Of a stretch of 64,000 nt of DNA, positions 49,164 through 58,988 are shown one piece after another. Position 1 is the first letter of the stretch, and every line of letters begins with the position of its first letter. Source of the stretch: Candidatus Brocadiia bacterium (GTDB lineage Bacteria; Planctomycetota; Brocadiia; CAIUPP01); contig JBEKCB010000018.1 of assembly GCA_050015075.1 (NCBI GenBank), positions 20,461 through 84,460 on the forward strand. The letters run 5' to 3'. The notes beneath the pieces are model-generated. The model made no database searches and was not told the DNA's origin. It saw only the letters and a list, made by a program, of their open reading frames with translations. The position numbers and the translations under genes are program-made.

Positions 49164-51227
49164 TTGGACATGATGAACGATTCTCAGGCGAACGCCGGCT
49201 CGCAGACGGAGATCGTCGCTGGGACGGAATCCAAGCTGGCGGCCGCGTTGCCTATGATCATACCATTTGCGTTCTGCGTCCTTTTGGAATTCGTGACTTT
49301 GGGCATTTGGGGCGTGGTCTGCCTGCTGCTCATTGGCATTGCCGTAGGGGCCGATGCTCTTTACTCGGCCCGATATAGAATGCCTCGCCGGGCGCTCCTT
49401 GATCGCGAGGGAATGACGTTGCTTCCGCTGGAGACCGGCCGCTTCAGCGGGCGTCCGCTGCATTTTCGCTGGGACGAGGTGCTCGAAGTCCGGCGCGCAT
49501 CGCGCTGGAAAGGCTGCGCGTTGCAAGTGCGCCTGGACCGCCCGCGGAAATTCTGGACGTTCAGTCCGCAGCGGCAGGATTTGATCTCGGTCCCCCGAGG
49601 CGTCTGTGCGAACCCGCAGTTTGCCGAGGCGATCCGCGCTCACGTCCCGGCTGAGCGGATCCATGGGGAACTGGCCTGCGACGAACGCCTTTCCTTATCA
49701 GCCCGATACCGGTGGGTCTTGGTTTTAGTGATGCTCGCCTGCGCCGCCATGACCGCAGGGTGCAGCTTCGCTATTATTCGCGGCGAGAATTTCCTGGCGG
49801 CCCTTTTGGCGGCGGTCATCGCACTGATGATCGGAGCGATGGCCATGGCGTTTTGCGCCAGCCATGCGCCCAGGGCATTCGGACTGATCGCAGGGATCTT
49901 CAATACGTTCGCCTTTCTCTCGCTTACAGGCCCTTTCATGCCATTTTTCTTCCCGAGCGGCCTGGCGCTGATCGCCGCTGGCCTGGGCGCCGCGGCCGGT
50001 ACGTTGGCCGGTGCGGCGATCATGGTGATCAAAGGCAGGAAGGCCGGCGGATGGGGCTACGCCGGCGCGACTTTTGTTCTGGCCGCGGCCGGGTTCTGGT
50101 GCGCGTGGACAAGCTTTCACCAGATCAGCGAGATACGCGTGGACGCCGGCAGCCTTGACATTCGCAGCCCGTGGACGCCCAAGGGCGATGCTTTCTGGAT
50201 AACGGAGGGCGATTCTTTCGCCTCACCCGATGAGCCGGCCTCGGTGTGCTGGTATTCGCGCGACTTAAAACTGGAACGCCGCGCCGTCCTGCCCGGCCAT
50301 GCGCACACTCTCGCGGTCGGCGAGGATGCGGCGCTCCTCTGCGTCAAGGGCCAGCCGGATGACCAGCTCTGGCTCGTCCCCAGGAACGCGGAACCGCGAG
50401 TCGTTGACGAGGCGCCGTACTTCGGGAACGGCGCTGTTATATCGCCCGATTCTCGTCATGCTCTCGTTTCCATTTGGGGTACGGAGCGTGAACCGGTTGC
50501 GTGGAAAGTCTATGACCTTGAGACCGGCGAGGTGGAGACCGTGAACTTCCCCGTGCCGCTGAAAGAGGTTTCCCCGATCACGCTCCGCGACGACGGAACG
50601 GTCCTATGGCTGTCCGGCTCGCGGCCGCTGGACAAGGGGAATTACCCGACGACCCACCTTACCCCGCTGCCCGAGAGCGGCGAGTTCCCGCATCCCGGCA
50701 AACCGTTCGTCGTCTGGGCGTGGAAGATCAATTCCGTCGATGCGCCCGCGAAGCTCTACGCCGCCGGGACCCAGTGGCTTGAATGGCGCCGGCCGGACAA
50801 GTCCCAGCGGCTTTACGTCTGCCGCGTCTCAGAGAATCCGCCTGCGCGGGTCGAGTGCGTCACGCTCGATTTCGCGCAGTCGCCGCCCGCCCAGACAACG
50901 ATATCGCAAGATGAGTTCGAGTTCCACCAGCCCTGGATGCCCCGGACGCGCTCCTTTGACGGACGTTTTGCGTTCGCGGCTGCCGAACGCGGCTTCTTCG
51001 CCCCGGCGTTCATCGTGGACACGAAGACCGGCAGAAAATTCCGCTTGCCGGCTCCGGCAATGCCGTTCGGCCCGTCGTACGTTCATTGGTCGCCGAGCGA
51101 GAACAAATTCTTGATCGAGGTCACGCAATCCAAGCTCCCGGCCGGACTCTGGCGCTGGCGCCGGGACACTGAGAAGACCTTAGAGCCCGCCACCGTCGTT
51201 TACTTCGTGGACATGGACCGTCAATAA
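49164..51227 (+). CDS. membrane protein, tandem paralog 3
   Basis: 687 aa, collinear with paralogs 1 and 2, with the same N-terminal and C-terminal blocks. Confidence 0.65.
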   Translation: MDMMNDSQANAGSQTEIVAGTESKLAAALPMIIPFAFCVLLEFVTLGIWGVVCLLLIGIAVGADALYSARYRMPRRALLDREGMTLLPLETGRFSGRPLHFRWDEVLEVRRASRWKGCALQVRLDRPRKFWTFSPQRQDLISVPRGVCANPQFAEAIRAHVPAERIHGELACDERLSLSARYRWVLVLVMLACAAMTAGCSFAIIRGENFLAALLAAVIALMIGAMAMAFCASHAPRAFGLIAGIFNTFAFLSLTGPFMPFFFPSGLALIAAGLGAAAGTLAGAAIMVIKGRKAGGWGYAGATFVLAAAGFWCAWTSFHQISEIRVDAGSLDIRSPWTPKGDAFWITEGDSFASPDEPASVCWYSRDLKLERRAVLPGHAHTLAVGEDAALLCVKGQPDDQLWLVPRNAEPRVVDEAPYFGNGAVISPDSRHALVSIWGTEREPVAWKVYDLETGEVETVNFPVPLKEVSPITLRDDGTVLWLSGSRPLDKGNYPTTHLTPLPESGEFPHPGKPFVVWAWKINSVDAPAKLYAAGTQWLEWRRPDKSQRLYVCRVSENPPARVECVTLDFAQSPPAQTTISQDEFEFHQPWMPRTRSFDGRFAFAAAERGFFAPAFIVDTKTGRKFRLPAPAMPFGPSYVHWSPSENKFLIEVTQSKLPAGLWRWRRDTEKTLEPATVVYFVDMDRQ

Positions 51228-53836
51228 CGCCGCGCTTTTCGGGCGAGCAGCCCGCCGAGCGCCGCCAGCCAGCCGGCCGCCGCGATGATGGAAATCCACA
51301 ACCCGATCCGGAAGCCTCGCGGCGCGTACTCCATCAGGATCTTGTGATGGCCCGCCTGCAGCGGCACCGCGCGCAGGCAGTAGTTCGCGGGCATGATCTC
51401 GTAGTGCGACTGCGGGCCGGCCTCCAGCGGCCGCGCGCGCCAGCCGGCGGAATAGTCGTCGGTCACCAGCAGGATCGCCGGCCGCTCCGTCTCCGCTTCG
51501 ATGACCAGGTAGTCCGTGCCCGATTCCACCACCGCCGCGTAGCCCGGCTTGCTCGCCGGCGCGGGCTCCGGGTCCGGCCGCGACTCGAGGATCACCTGGC
51601 GGCTCGGATCGAAGCGCACGTCAATCAGCGCGGCGAAGATGTCGTCGCGCTTCGTCAGAAGCACGTAGTCCCGCATCAGCGCGACGTGCGGCAGGATGTC
51701 GTGCACCTCCGCCGGGATGGCCGGCAGAATGCTGTACTGGCAGCGGAGCATTTTGTAAATCGGCAGATACAGGCGGAACGGCAGCGAAGGCTCCGCCACG
51801 TCCGGGTCTATGCCCTGCGTGAACCACATGAAGCGCCCGTAGCGCTCGGGCACCAGCGGGCCATATCCCCAGATGTCGTATCCGCCGGCCGCCATGACGA
51901 AATCGCCCTCGGCCGGCTGCAGGACGCGGAAGTCGCCGGGGTGGCCCTGGAAGAAATCCTTGAGGCCGAACGCTCTCTTCGAGAGATCGAACGACGTCCT
52001 CAGCGACCCGGCGAAGAGGAGCATCTCGCCCATGCCGAGGACCGCCAGGCAGAGGCCGAGTTTCCGCGGCGATTTGAGGAAGAGCAGGCAGATTCCGGCG
52101 ACCACGCACGGGCCGGCCGCCCACAGCAGCGATTGGCCCGCATGGACCTGGGCCTGTCGCGCGAACGCGGGATCGTTGTACAGCCTGTTGTACATGTGAA
52201 TTTCCGGCGTGTCGCGGACGTCGCGCATGATCCGCCACCACCAGGGCGCCGGTTCCGTCGGCCCGACCGACACCGCCATTCCCGCGCCGAGGCCGATCAG
52301 CAGCGCCGCCAGTACCAGCGGCGCCGCCGCCAGGCGCACGTTGAACTTCTCCGCGCGCAGGAGCCGGTCCAGCCCGATGCCCGAAAGCAGCACCAGGAAC
52401 GCCGTGGCCGGCACGGCGAATTTCGACATGCCGCGGAACCGGTTGAACCCCGGCGCCCAATCGTAAAGGAGGCGGAAAAGCCGCACGTCGAAAAGCGGCG
52501 TGAACCACCACAGAGCCAGCACCGCCGATAGCAGAAGGACCAGCGCCGTCCGGATGAACAGCCGCAGCCGAGGCCTGTCCGCGGCCGCCCTCCAGAACCT
52601 CAGCAGAAGGACCACGCCGATGAGCGAAGGGAAAAGCCCCGTCACCACCGGCGGCAGCCAGGCTCCGAGCGCGAGCACCAGCAGCACCAGCACCATCGCG
52701 AGCGAGAACCGCCGCTTCGCGCGCTCGCCGGCGACGGCCCCGTAAATCGCCAGCAGCAGGCCGGTGAGGCCGATGAACAGGCACATCTCCCACACGAAGC
52801 ACCGGCCCCAGTACCGGAAAAAGGCCGTCTCGGTCTCCGGCCCGAAGAAGCCCGGCGCCAGGAAGGTCAGGAAATTCTCCGGCGGCAGCCAGAACACGCG
52901 GGCGAAATCGTACGGCACGCCGTGCCCGCCGCGAAGGCTCTCGCCGGTCGTCTCCATGCCCGAGAGGATCTGCACGGCCGCGATCGCGGCGCCGACGGCG
53001 CATATCGCCGCGAGCCCCGCCAGGATCCGCGCCCGGTTCACGGACCTCACCCAGCAGAGCGCCGAATAGATCGCCGCGGCCACGCCGACGTGGAAGAGAT
53101 ACTGCGGGTCGCCGCCGAGGGCCATCATCGCAATCGTCAGCGAGCCCAGCAGAATCCATTTGGAGTGCAAAGTGCGGAGTACGGACTCGTCCGCCGAAGC
53201 CTTGGCGAAGGCGGAGTGCGGAATGAAAGAGGCGTTCGCGTCCTCGAAAAGGCCGTCCAGCGTAAGGAACAGCAACGGGATCCACGCCGTCGAGATCAGG
53301 CCGGTCAGGTGCCCCGCCATGATATGGTAATAGTGCTGCCCGCAGAACATCCACAGCACGCCGCAGAACAGGCAGGCCAGGAACCGCAGCCCGCGCCGGC
53401 TCGCCCACAGGTACATGAACAGGCCGCCCAGGAACACGTGCAGCGCCACGCCGGTGTTGATCGCCCGGGCCAGCGGCAGGAAGAGGTACGGCCAATTCAG
53501 CGGATAGAGCAGGCCCGTCTGCGCCCCGCCGAAGAACGGCGCGCCGGAAAAGATGTGCGGGTTCCACAGGGGGAAATTCCCGTGGCGCAACTGCGAGAAG
53601 CCGAAGTCCCGCCACGGCGCGTATTGCAGGCAGATGTCGGTGCGCGCTTCGGAGACGACCCGGTCGCCGGTCGCGAAGAGCACGTCGCCGAAGATCACCA
53701 GCACAAAGGCCAGCAGGATTGCGGCGGCGAGCCACGTGCGCCGCGGGCGCTCGGCCCGCGCCTCAGCGGCGGCTGCCTCGGCGCGGCCGGATTGCGCATC
53801 AGGAGCCGTGCCCGGCTTTTTTCTCTTTGAGCTCAT
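51221..53836 (-). CDS. YfhO family membrane protein (putative glycosyltransferase-like, large polytopic)
   Basis: Start MSSKRKKPG with a GGAAGGA RBS. YfhO-like N-terminal region (NPHIFSGAPFFGGAQTGLLYPLNWPYLFLP) and many TM helices. Confidence 0.65.
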   Translation of the reverse strand: MSSKRKKPGTAPDAQSGRAEAAAAEARAERPRRTWLAAAILLAFVLVIFGDVLFATGDRVVSEARTDICLQYAPWRDFGFSQLRHGNFPLWNPHIFSGAPFFGGAQTGLLYPLNWPYLFLPLARAINTGVALHVFLGGLFMYLWASRRGLRFLACLFCGVLWMFCGQHYYHIMAGHLTGLISTAWIPLLFLTLDGLFEDANASFIPHSAFAKASADESVLRTLHSKWILLGSLTIAMMALGGDPQYLFHVGVAAAIYSALCWVRSVNRARILAGLAAICAVGAAIAAVQILSGMETTGESLRGGHGVPYDFARVFWLPPENFLTFLAPGFFGPETETAFFRYWGRCFVWEMCLFIGLTGLLLAIYGAVAGERAKRRFSLAMVLVLLVLALGAWLPPVVTGLFPSLIGVVLLLRFWRAAADRPRLRLFIRTALVLLLSAVLALWWFTPLFDVRLFRLLYDWAPGFNRFRGMSKFAVPATAFLVLLSGIGLDRLLRAEKFNVRLAAAPLVLAALLIGLGAGMAVSVGPTEPAPWWWRIMRDVRDTPEIHMYNRLYNDPAFARQAQVHAGQSLLWAAGPCVVAGICLLFLKSPRKLGLCLAVLGMGEMLLFAGSLRTSFDLSKRAFGLKDFFQGHPGDFRVLQPAEGDFVMAAGGYDIWGYGPLVPERYGRFMWFTQGIDPDVAEPSLPFRLYLPIYKMLRCQYSILPAIPAEVHDILPHVALMRDYVLLTKRDDIFAALIDVRFDPSRQVILESRPDPEPAPASKPGYAAVVESGTDYLVIEAETERPAILLVTDDYSAGWRARPLEAGPQSHYEIMPANYCLRAVPLQAGHHKILMEYAPRGFRIGLWISIIAAAGWLAALGGLLARKARRY

Positions 53837-53922
53837 TGCGGCCCTGCGGTCCTTCCGACAGGAGGCGCCTCTTCCCTCGGCGGGATTATCCGCCATTGCG
53901 GCGGCGCGTGTCAACGAGGCGC

Positions 53923-53959
53923 TTGACGCTCAGCCCGCGACGCGATATAATTCGTTATA
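53923..53959 (+). promoter_or_regulatory. sigma70-type promoter (TTGACG-N17-TATAAT) with an overlapping ATATAA-ttcg-TTATAT inverted repeat (putative ArsR operator) upstream of arsR
   Basis: cttgacgctcagcccgcgacgcgatataattcgttatat. An AGGAG RBS lies 7 nt before the arsR ATG. Confidence 0.6.
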
Positions 53960-53981
53960 TGGCGAAGTATAGGAGCGAAAG

Positions 53982-54344
53982 ATGAAGGAGTTCATGGCGG
54001 TCACGAAGGCGCTGGCCGACGACAACCGGACGCGGGCGCTGATGTGCCTGCGCGACGGCGAACTGTGCGTCTGCCAGATCATCGAGCTGCTGCAGCTCGC
54101 GCCCTCGACGGTCTCGAAGCACTTGAATATCCTGCACCGGGCCGGGCTGCTCGAGTCGCGCAAGGAGGGGCGCTGGATCTATTACCGGCTCGCCGGCCCG
54201 GACGCGCCGGAGGCCGCGCGCGAGGCGCTGCGCTGGGTCCGCCAGTCGCTCGCGAAAGACCCGCAGATCGCCCGCGACGCCGCCCGGCTCAAAGCGATCC
54301 GCAAGATGGACGTGCGGCAACTGTGTGAACGGTATCGTAGTTAG
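53982..54344 (+). CDS. arsR: ArsR/SmtB family metalloregulatory transcriptional repressor
   Basis: LCVCQIIELLQLAPSTVSKHLNILHRAGLL, with an ELCVCQI metal-binding site. Confidence 0.8.
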   Translation: MKEFMAVTKALADDNRTRALMCLRDGELCVCQIIELLQLAPSTVSKHLNILHRAGLLESRKEGRWIYYRLAGPDAPEAAREALRWVRQSLAKDPQIARDAARLKAIRKMDVRQLCERYRS

Positions 54345-54364
54345 TCGCTGCCGTGGAGAGAGTT

Positions 54365-55231
54365 ATGGCGAAGACGCTCAAGGTCCTGTTCCTGTGCACG
54401 GGCAATTCCTGCCGAAGCCAGATGGCCGAGGGCTGGGCGCGACGCCTCAAAGGCGACGTGATCGAGGCTTGGTCCGCCGGCATCGAAACCCACGGGCTGA
54501 ACCCGCTGGCGGTGAAGGCGATGGCCGAGGCCGGAGTGGACATCTCGCGCCAGCGCTCGAAGAGCGTGGCCGAAGTGAAGGACGTGCCTTTCGACTACGT
54601 GGTGACCGTCTGCGACCACGCGCACGAGAGCTGCCCGCTGTTTCCGGGCAAGGCGAAGATCGTCCACGTGGGATTCGACGATCCGCCGCGCCTCGCCAGG
54701 GACGCCAGGACCGAAGAGGAGGCGCTGGGACATTACCGGCGCGTCCGGGATGAGATCCGCGCGTACGTCGAGCGCATTCCGGAGGCATTGACCGGCGCGG
54801 GCTGGAATCACAAGGCGCGCGTGCTCTTCTTATGTACAGGCAATTCCGCGCGCAGCCAGATGGCCGAGGCCTTCCTGCGCAAGTACGGCGGAGACCGCTT
54901 TGAACCGCACAGCGCGGGGTTGGACCCGCGGCCCATCCACCCATTGGCGGTGCGCGTGATGCAGGAGGCCGGGATAGACATCCGCCGGCAGCGCTCGAAA
55001 AGCGTGCGCGAGTACCTGGGCAAGATGCATTTTCACCACCTGATCGTCGTGTGCGAGCAAGCCGACCGCAACTGTCCGACGACCTTCCCCGGCATCGGCG
55101 GCCGGCTGTTCTGGCCCTTTGAAGACCCCGCCTCATTCGCCGGCGCCGACGACGAAAAGCTGGCCAGGTTCCGTGAAGTCCGCGACCGGATCGAGGCTCG
55201 CATCAGGGAGTGGATCAAGAGCCAGCCATGA
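54365..55231 (+). CDS. arsC: tandem-fused arsenate reductase (two LMW-PTP / thioredoxin-coupled ArsC domains)
   Basis: Two repeats, each with a CTGNS(C/A)RSQMAE P-loop and a C-X6-C pair (CDHAHESCP / CEQADRNCP). Confidence 0.8.
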   Translation: MAKTLKVLFLCTGNSCRSQMAEGWARRLKGDVIEAWSAGIETHGLNPLAVKAMAEAGVDISRQRSKSVAEVKDVPFDYVVTVCDHAHESCPLFPGKAKIVHVGFDDPPRLARDARTEEEALGHYRRVRDEIRAYVERIPEALTGAGWNHKARVLFLCTGNSARSQMAEAFLRKYGGDRFEPHSAGLDPRPIHPLAVRVMQEAGIDIRRQRSKSVREYLGKMHFHHLIVVCEQADRNCPTTFPGIGGRLFWPFEDPASFAGADDEKLARFREVRDRIEARIREWIKSQP

Positions 55232-55255
55232 CTCTCACAGCAACGGAAAGATCGA

Positions 55256-56362
55256 ATGAATGAAAGCCTCGCAAGGCGTTTGTCGTTTCTCGACCGGTAC
55301 CTGACGCTCTGGATTTTCCTGGCCATGGCGGCGGGCGTACTGCTGGGATATCTCGCGCCGGGCGTCGGCGACTGGATCGGCTCGCTTCGCCCCGCCGGCA
55401 CGCAGACGAGCATCCCCATCGCCGTCGGCCTCATCCTGATGATGTACCCGCCGCTGGCGAAGGTGAAGTACGAGGAACTCGGCGACGTCTTCCGCAATTA
55501 CAAGGTGCTGGGCCTGTCGCTGCTCCAGAACTGGGTCATCGGCCCGGTCCTGATGTTCGGCCTGGCCGTGCTGTTCCTGCGCGGGCGGCCGGAGTTCATG
55601 ATCGGCCTGATTATGATCGGCCTTGCCCGCTGCATCGCGATGGTGATCGTGTGGAACGACCTGGCCAAAGGGGACGCCGAATACGCCGCCGGGCTGGTGG
55701 CGTTCAACTCCATCTTCCAGGTGTTTTTCTACAGCGTGTATGCATGGTTTTTCATCACCGTCCTGCCGCCGATGCTCGGACTGAAAGGGGCCGACACCTC
55801 GGCCATCACCATCGGGCAGATCGCGCGGAGCGTGTTCATCTACCTGGGCATTCCGTTCCTGGCCGGCATGATCACGCGCGCGGTCCTGGTGAAGCTCAAG
55901 GGCAAGGAGTGGTACCATGGCGCCTTCATTCCGAAGATCAGCCCGATCACGCTGGTGGCGCTGCTGTTCACGATTGTGGTAATGTTCTCCATGCAGGGCC
56001 GGAAGATTATCGCGCGGCCGCTTGACGTGGTGCTGATCGCCGTGCCGCTGCTGATCTACTTCGTCGTGATGTTCCTGGCGAGCTTCTGGATGAGCCGGAA
56101 GGTCGGCGCGAATTACGCGCAGAGCGCCACGCTGTCGTTCACGGCGGCCAGCAATAACTTCGAGCTGGCCATCGCGGTGGCCGTCGGGGTGTTCGGCATC
56201 AACCACGGGGCCGCATTCGCCGCGGTCATCGGCCCGCTGGTGGAAGTGCCGGCGCTGATCGGCCTGGTGAATGTCAGCCTGTGGCTCAAGAGGAAGTGGT
56301 TCGCCGGCGAGCCGGCCGAGGTCGCGCCCGGCTGCGCCGTCGGCGGGCGCTCAGCGCAATAA
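55256..56362 (+). CDS. acr3: arsenite efflux transporter ACR3 family
   Basis: 368 aa with 10 TM helices and ACR3/ArsB-like conservation ([31 protein letters not shown]). Confidence 0.85.
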   Translation: MNESLARRLSFLDRYLTLWIFLAMAAGVLLGYLAPGVGDWIGSLRPAGTQTSIPIAVGLILMMYPPLAKVKYEELGDVFRNYKVLGLSLLQNWVIGPVLMFGLAVLFLRGRPEFMIGLIMIGLARCIAMVIVWNDLAKGDAEYAAGLVAFNSIFQVFFYSVYAWFFITVLPPMLGLKGADTSAITIGQIARSVFIYLGIPFLAGMITRAVLVKLKGKEWYHGAFIPKISPITLVALLFTIVVMFSMQGRKIIARPLDVVLIAVPLLIYFVVMFLASFWMSRKVGANYAQSATLSFTAASNNFELAIAVAVGVFGINHGAAFAAVIGPLVEVPALIGLVNVSLWLKRKWFAGEPAEVAPGCAVGGRSAQ

Positions 56363-56372
56363 GGAGGCGGCG

Positions 56373-57419
56373 ATGGATGCGAAACTGACGCGATGTTCGC
56401 CTGCAAGAGTCGTCCTGGGCGTGGCGCTGGCGGCCGGCGGCTTGCTCTGGTCCGGGTGCAATCCCGGTGCCGACGTGCAGCAAAAACCTGTTGTCGTCGG
56501 CTGCGCCACTTCTACCGCGGTCAAGTCGCCGAAGGAACTCGCCCTGGCCGGCTTCCTCAGCGGGTTGAAGTTGGAGGGCAAGCCCGTCCTGATCGAGTTC
56601 GGAATGGTCGGCTGCGTGTTGAGCGGACAGGGCCTCGACAACATGATCGCCCTGCAATCGGCCGGCACAGTGCCCGGCCTGGCGTTCGTGCGCGTGGAAG
56701 GCAACCCGGACGACGCAGCCGTCGCGCAGTACTTCAAAGACAAGGCGCCGCCGTTTCCCGTTTACCGGGACCGCCAATCCGCTCTGGCCAAGGCGCTCAG
56801 CGCCACGGCCTATCCCACGTTCCTGCTGGCGGACAAGTTCGGGCACATTCGCTACCAGGGCAATTACCCGCAGGAGAACCTGGTGAAGTGGGCCCAGGCT
56901 CTCGTGGCCGAGAACCAGGACCCGGACGGCAACGCGCCGCAATTCGGCGCAAGGGAGCTCGACGTCGAGAAACTCCTGGCGGACAAACTGCCCGACCTGA
57001 AAGACCGGATCAAGCCCCTGGGCGAGTACAAAGGAAGCGGCGGGCTGGTGCTGCTGTTCGTGGATACCTCCTGTCCTTTCTCGGCGGCCGCGTTGCGGGA
57101 GATGCCGGCGGTCTCCAAGACGCTCGCCGGGCGGAACGTTAACGCAGTCGTCCTGAACACCGGCGATTCGCAGTCCGACGTGCGGGAGTTCTACGCGCGG
57201 AACGACCCTGGCGCGCCGGTCCTTTACGACGTCGGAGCAGCCACGCGCGACGGGTGGAACGTGCATTCGGTTCCGGTCGTCGTTTACATCAGCCCGGCCG
57301 GCAAGGTCGGCTATCAGGGCGAAGCGATCTGGGCCAACATGGGGTCGGCCATCGGGACCTCGCTGGGGCTGGCGCCCGGCGCCATCAAGTTCACGGCGAC
57401 CGGCACAGGCTTTGGCTGA
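56373..57419 (+). CDS. thioredoxin-like (redoxin/TlpA-like) tandem two-domain lipoprotein with CxxS motifs
   Basis: AAGGAGG RBS. Signal peptide with lipobox LWSGC. Two thioredoxin-fold halves with CVLS and CPFS in place of CxxC. Confidence 0.55.
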   Translation: MDAKLTRCSPARVVLGVALAAGGLLWSGCNPGADVQQKPVVVGCATSTAVKSPKELALAGFLSGLKLEGKPVLIEFGMVGCVLSGQGLDNMIALQSAGTVPGLAFVRVEGNPDDAAVAQYFKDKAPPFPVYRDRQSALAKALSATAYPTFLLADKFGHIRYQGNYPQENLVKWAQALVAENQDPDGNAPQFGARELDVEKLLADKLPDLKDRIKPLGEYKGSGGLVLLFVDTSCPFSAAALREMPAVSKTLAGRNVNAVVLNTGDSQSDVREFYARNDPGAPVLYDVGAATRDGWNVHSVPVVVYISPAGKVGYQGEAIWANMGSAIGTSLGLAPGAIKFTATGTGFG

Positions 57420-57435
57420 GGGAAGTAACGACGTT

Positions 57436-57456
57436 GCGCCGCCCGTGAGGCGGCGC
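57436..57456 (+). terminator. GC-rich stem-loop after the thioredoxin-like gene (candidate terminator, weak U-tract)
   Basis: gcgccgcc-cgtga-ggcggcgc. Confidence 0.35.
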
Positions 57457-57539
57457 GGAAGAACGATTCCTGGGGTCCCGGCGGAGGCCCTTCGCTCCGC
57501 TGGAGCATGAAGTGAAGTCGTCGTTGCAGGAGGAAAACC

Positions 57540-57995
57540 ATGAGCAAGAACGGCGAGGCCGCCGTGGCGATGTTCCTGCAGGGGTACAACTGCGCGCAAT
57601 CCGTGCTGGTGAGCTGCGGGCAAGAGTACGGCCTGCCGCGCGAGACGGCGGTGCGGGTGGCGCAGGCGTTCGGCGGCGGCATCGGCCGCAGCGGCAACGT
57701 CTGCGGCGCGGCGACCGGCGCGCTGATGACCGTCGGGCTGAAATGCTCCGTGAAGGACGCGACGGACCTCGCGGCGAAAGCGGAGGCCGGCCGCATCGCG
57801 CAGGAATTCCTCGCGCGCTTCAAGGCGCGCAGCGGATCGCTCCTGTGCCGCGACATCATCGGCTGCGACCTGTCCACGGCGGAAGGCTACAAGTACGCCG
57901 TCGAGAGCGGCCGCCACCAGACCATCTGCCCCAAGGCCATCCGCGACGCGATCGAGATTATCGAAGATCTCTTGAACCCTGTGGAGAAACGTTAG
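57540..57995 (+). CDS. C_GCAxxG_C_C family redox-active protein
   Basis: GYNCAQSVL and VCGAATGA motifs. Confidence 0.7.
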   Translation: MSKNGEAAVAMFLQGYNCAQSVLVSCGQEYGLPRETAVRVAQAFGGGIGRSGNVCGAATGALMTVGLKCSVKDATDLAAKAEAGRIAQEFLARFKARSGSLLCRDIIGCDLSTAEGYKYAVESGRHQTICPKAIRDAIEIIEDLLNPVEKR

Positions 57996-58092
57996 GACAT
58001 TGGGAAATTGGGAGATTAGGAGATTGGGACATCTGAAGAGCGCTGCGACAGCCTCCTAATCTCCCAATCTCCTAATCACCCAATCTCCTAAC
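57996..58092. repeat. palindrome with TTGGGAGA/TTAGGAGA tandem-unit arms between the C_GCAxxG gene and arsM; a half-copy also at 58897-58935
   Basis: ggacattgggaaattgggagattaggagattgggac ... cctcctaatctcccaatctcctaatcacccaatctcc. Confidence 0.7.
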
Positions 58093-58105
58093 CAGGAGAA
58101 AAACC

Positions 58106-58900
58106 ATGCGACGAAATGACGCGACTCACACGATGGTGAAGAAGGCTTATGCGGCCGTTGCCCGGCGGCAGTCCTCCCGCTGCGGCAGGCGCGCGGCCTC
58201 GTGCTGCGACAAGTCCTGCGACGTGCCGGACCAGCCGGTCCCGGAAGCGGAACTGGGCCTCTCGTGCGGCAACCCGGTGGCCTTCTCGCACCTGAAGAAA
58301 GGCGACACCGTCCTCGACCTGGGCAGCGGCGCGGGGCGCGACGTGTTCCTGGCCGCGCAGAAAGTCGGCTCGAAGGGAAAGGCCATCGGCGTGGACATGA
58401 CGCCGGAGATGCTCCGGCTCGCGCGCCGCAACGCGGAGAAATTCCGCACAGCGGCGCGGCTCGACAATGTGGAGTTCCGCAGGGGGCTCATCGAAAAGCT
58501 GCCGGTCGCCGACGCGGCCGTGGACGTCGTGATCTCCAACTGCGTCATCAACCTCTCGACGGACAAGCCGCAGGTGTTCCGCGAGGTGCACCGCGTGTTG
58601 AAGCCCGGCGGGCGGATGATCGTCTCGGACATCGTCCTCGAACGCGCGCTGCCGGCGAAGCTGAAGGCGGACGAACAGCTCTACAGCGCCTGCATCGCCG
58701 GCGCGCTGCTGCGGCGCGACTACCTGGACGCGATCCGCGCGGCCGGCTTCGCGAGCGTGAAGATCCTCTCCGACCGCCGGCGCAACAAGGCTGACATCGG
58801 CGGCGACCCGATCACCGCCGACGTCGCCTCCGATCTCAAAAACGCCGCGTCGTCCGTCACCGTTATGGCCGTGAAACGTGCAGCGTGCTGCTGTCATTAG
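58106..58900 (+). CDS. arsM: arsenite S-adenosylmethionine methyltransferase
   Basis: SAM-MTase motif VLDLGSGAGRD, conserved Cys pairs (SCCD...C, and the C-terminal CCCH), and ArsM-like length. Confidence 0.75.
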   Translation: MRRNDATHTMVKKAYAAVARRQSSRCGRRAASCCDKSCDVPDQPVPEAELGLSCGNPVAFSHLKKGDTVLDLGSGAGRDVFLAAQKVGSKGKAIGVDMTPEMLRLARRNAEKFRTAARLDNVEFRRGLIEKLPVADAAVDVVISNCVINLSTDKPQVFREVHRVLKPGGRMIVSDIVLERALPAKLKADEQLYSACIAGALLRRDYLDAIRAAGFASVKILSDRRRNKADIGGDPITADVASDLKNAASSVTVMAVKRAACCCH

Positions 58901-58988
58901 GAAATCGGGACATTGGGAAATTGGGAGATTGGGGCTCTCTGAAAAGCGTAAGCCGTTCCCATGCGGCTCAACCGATGATGGCTGCCAG

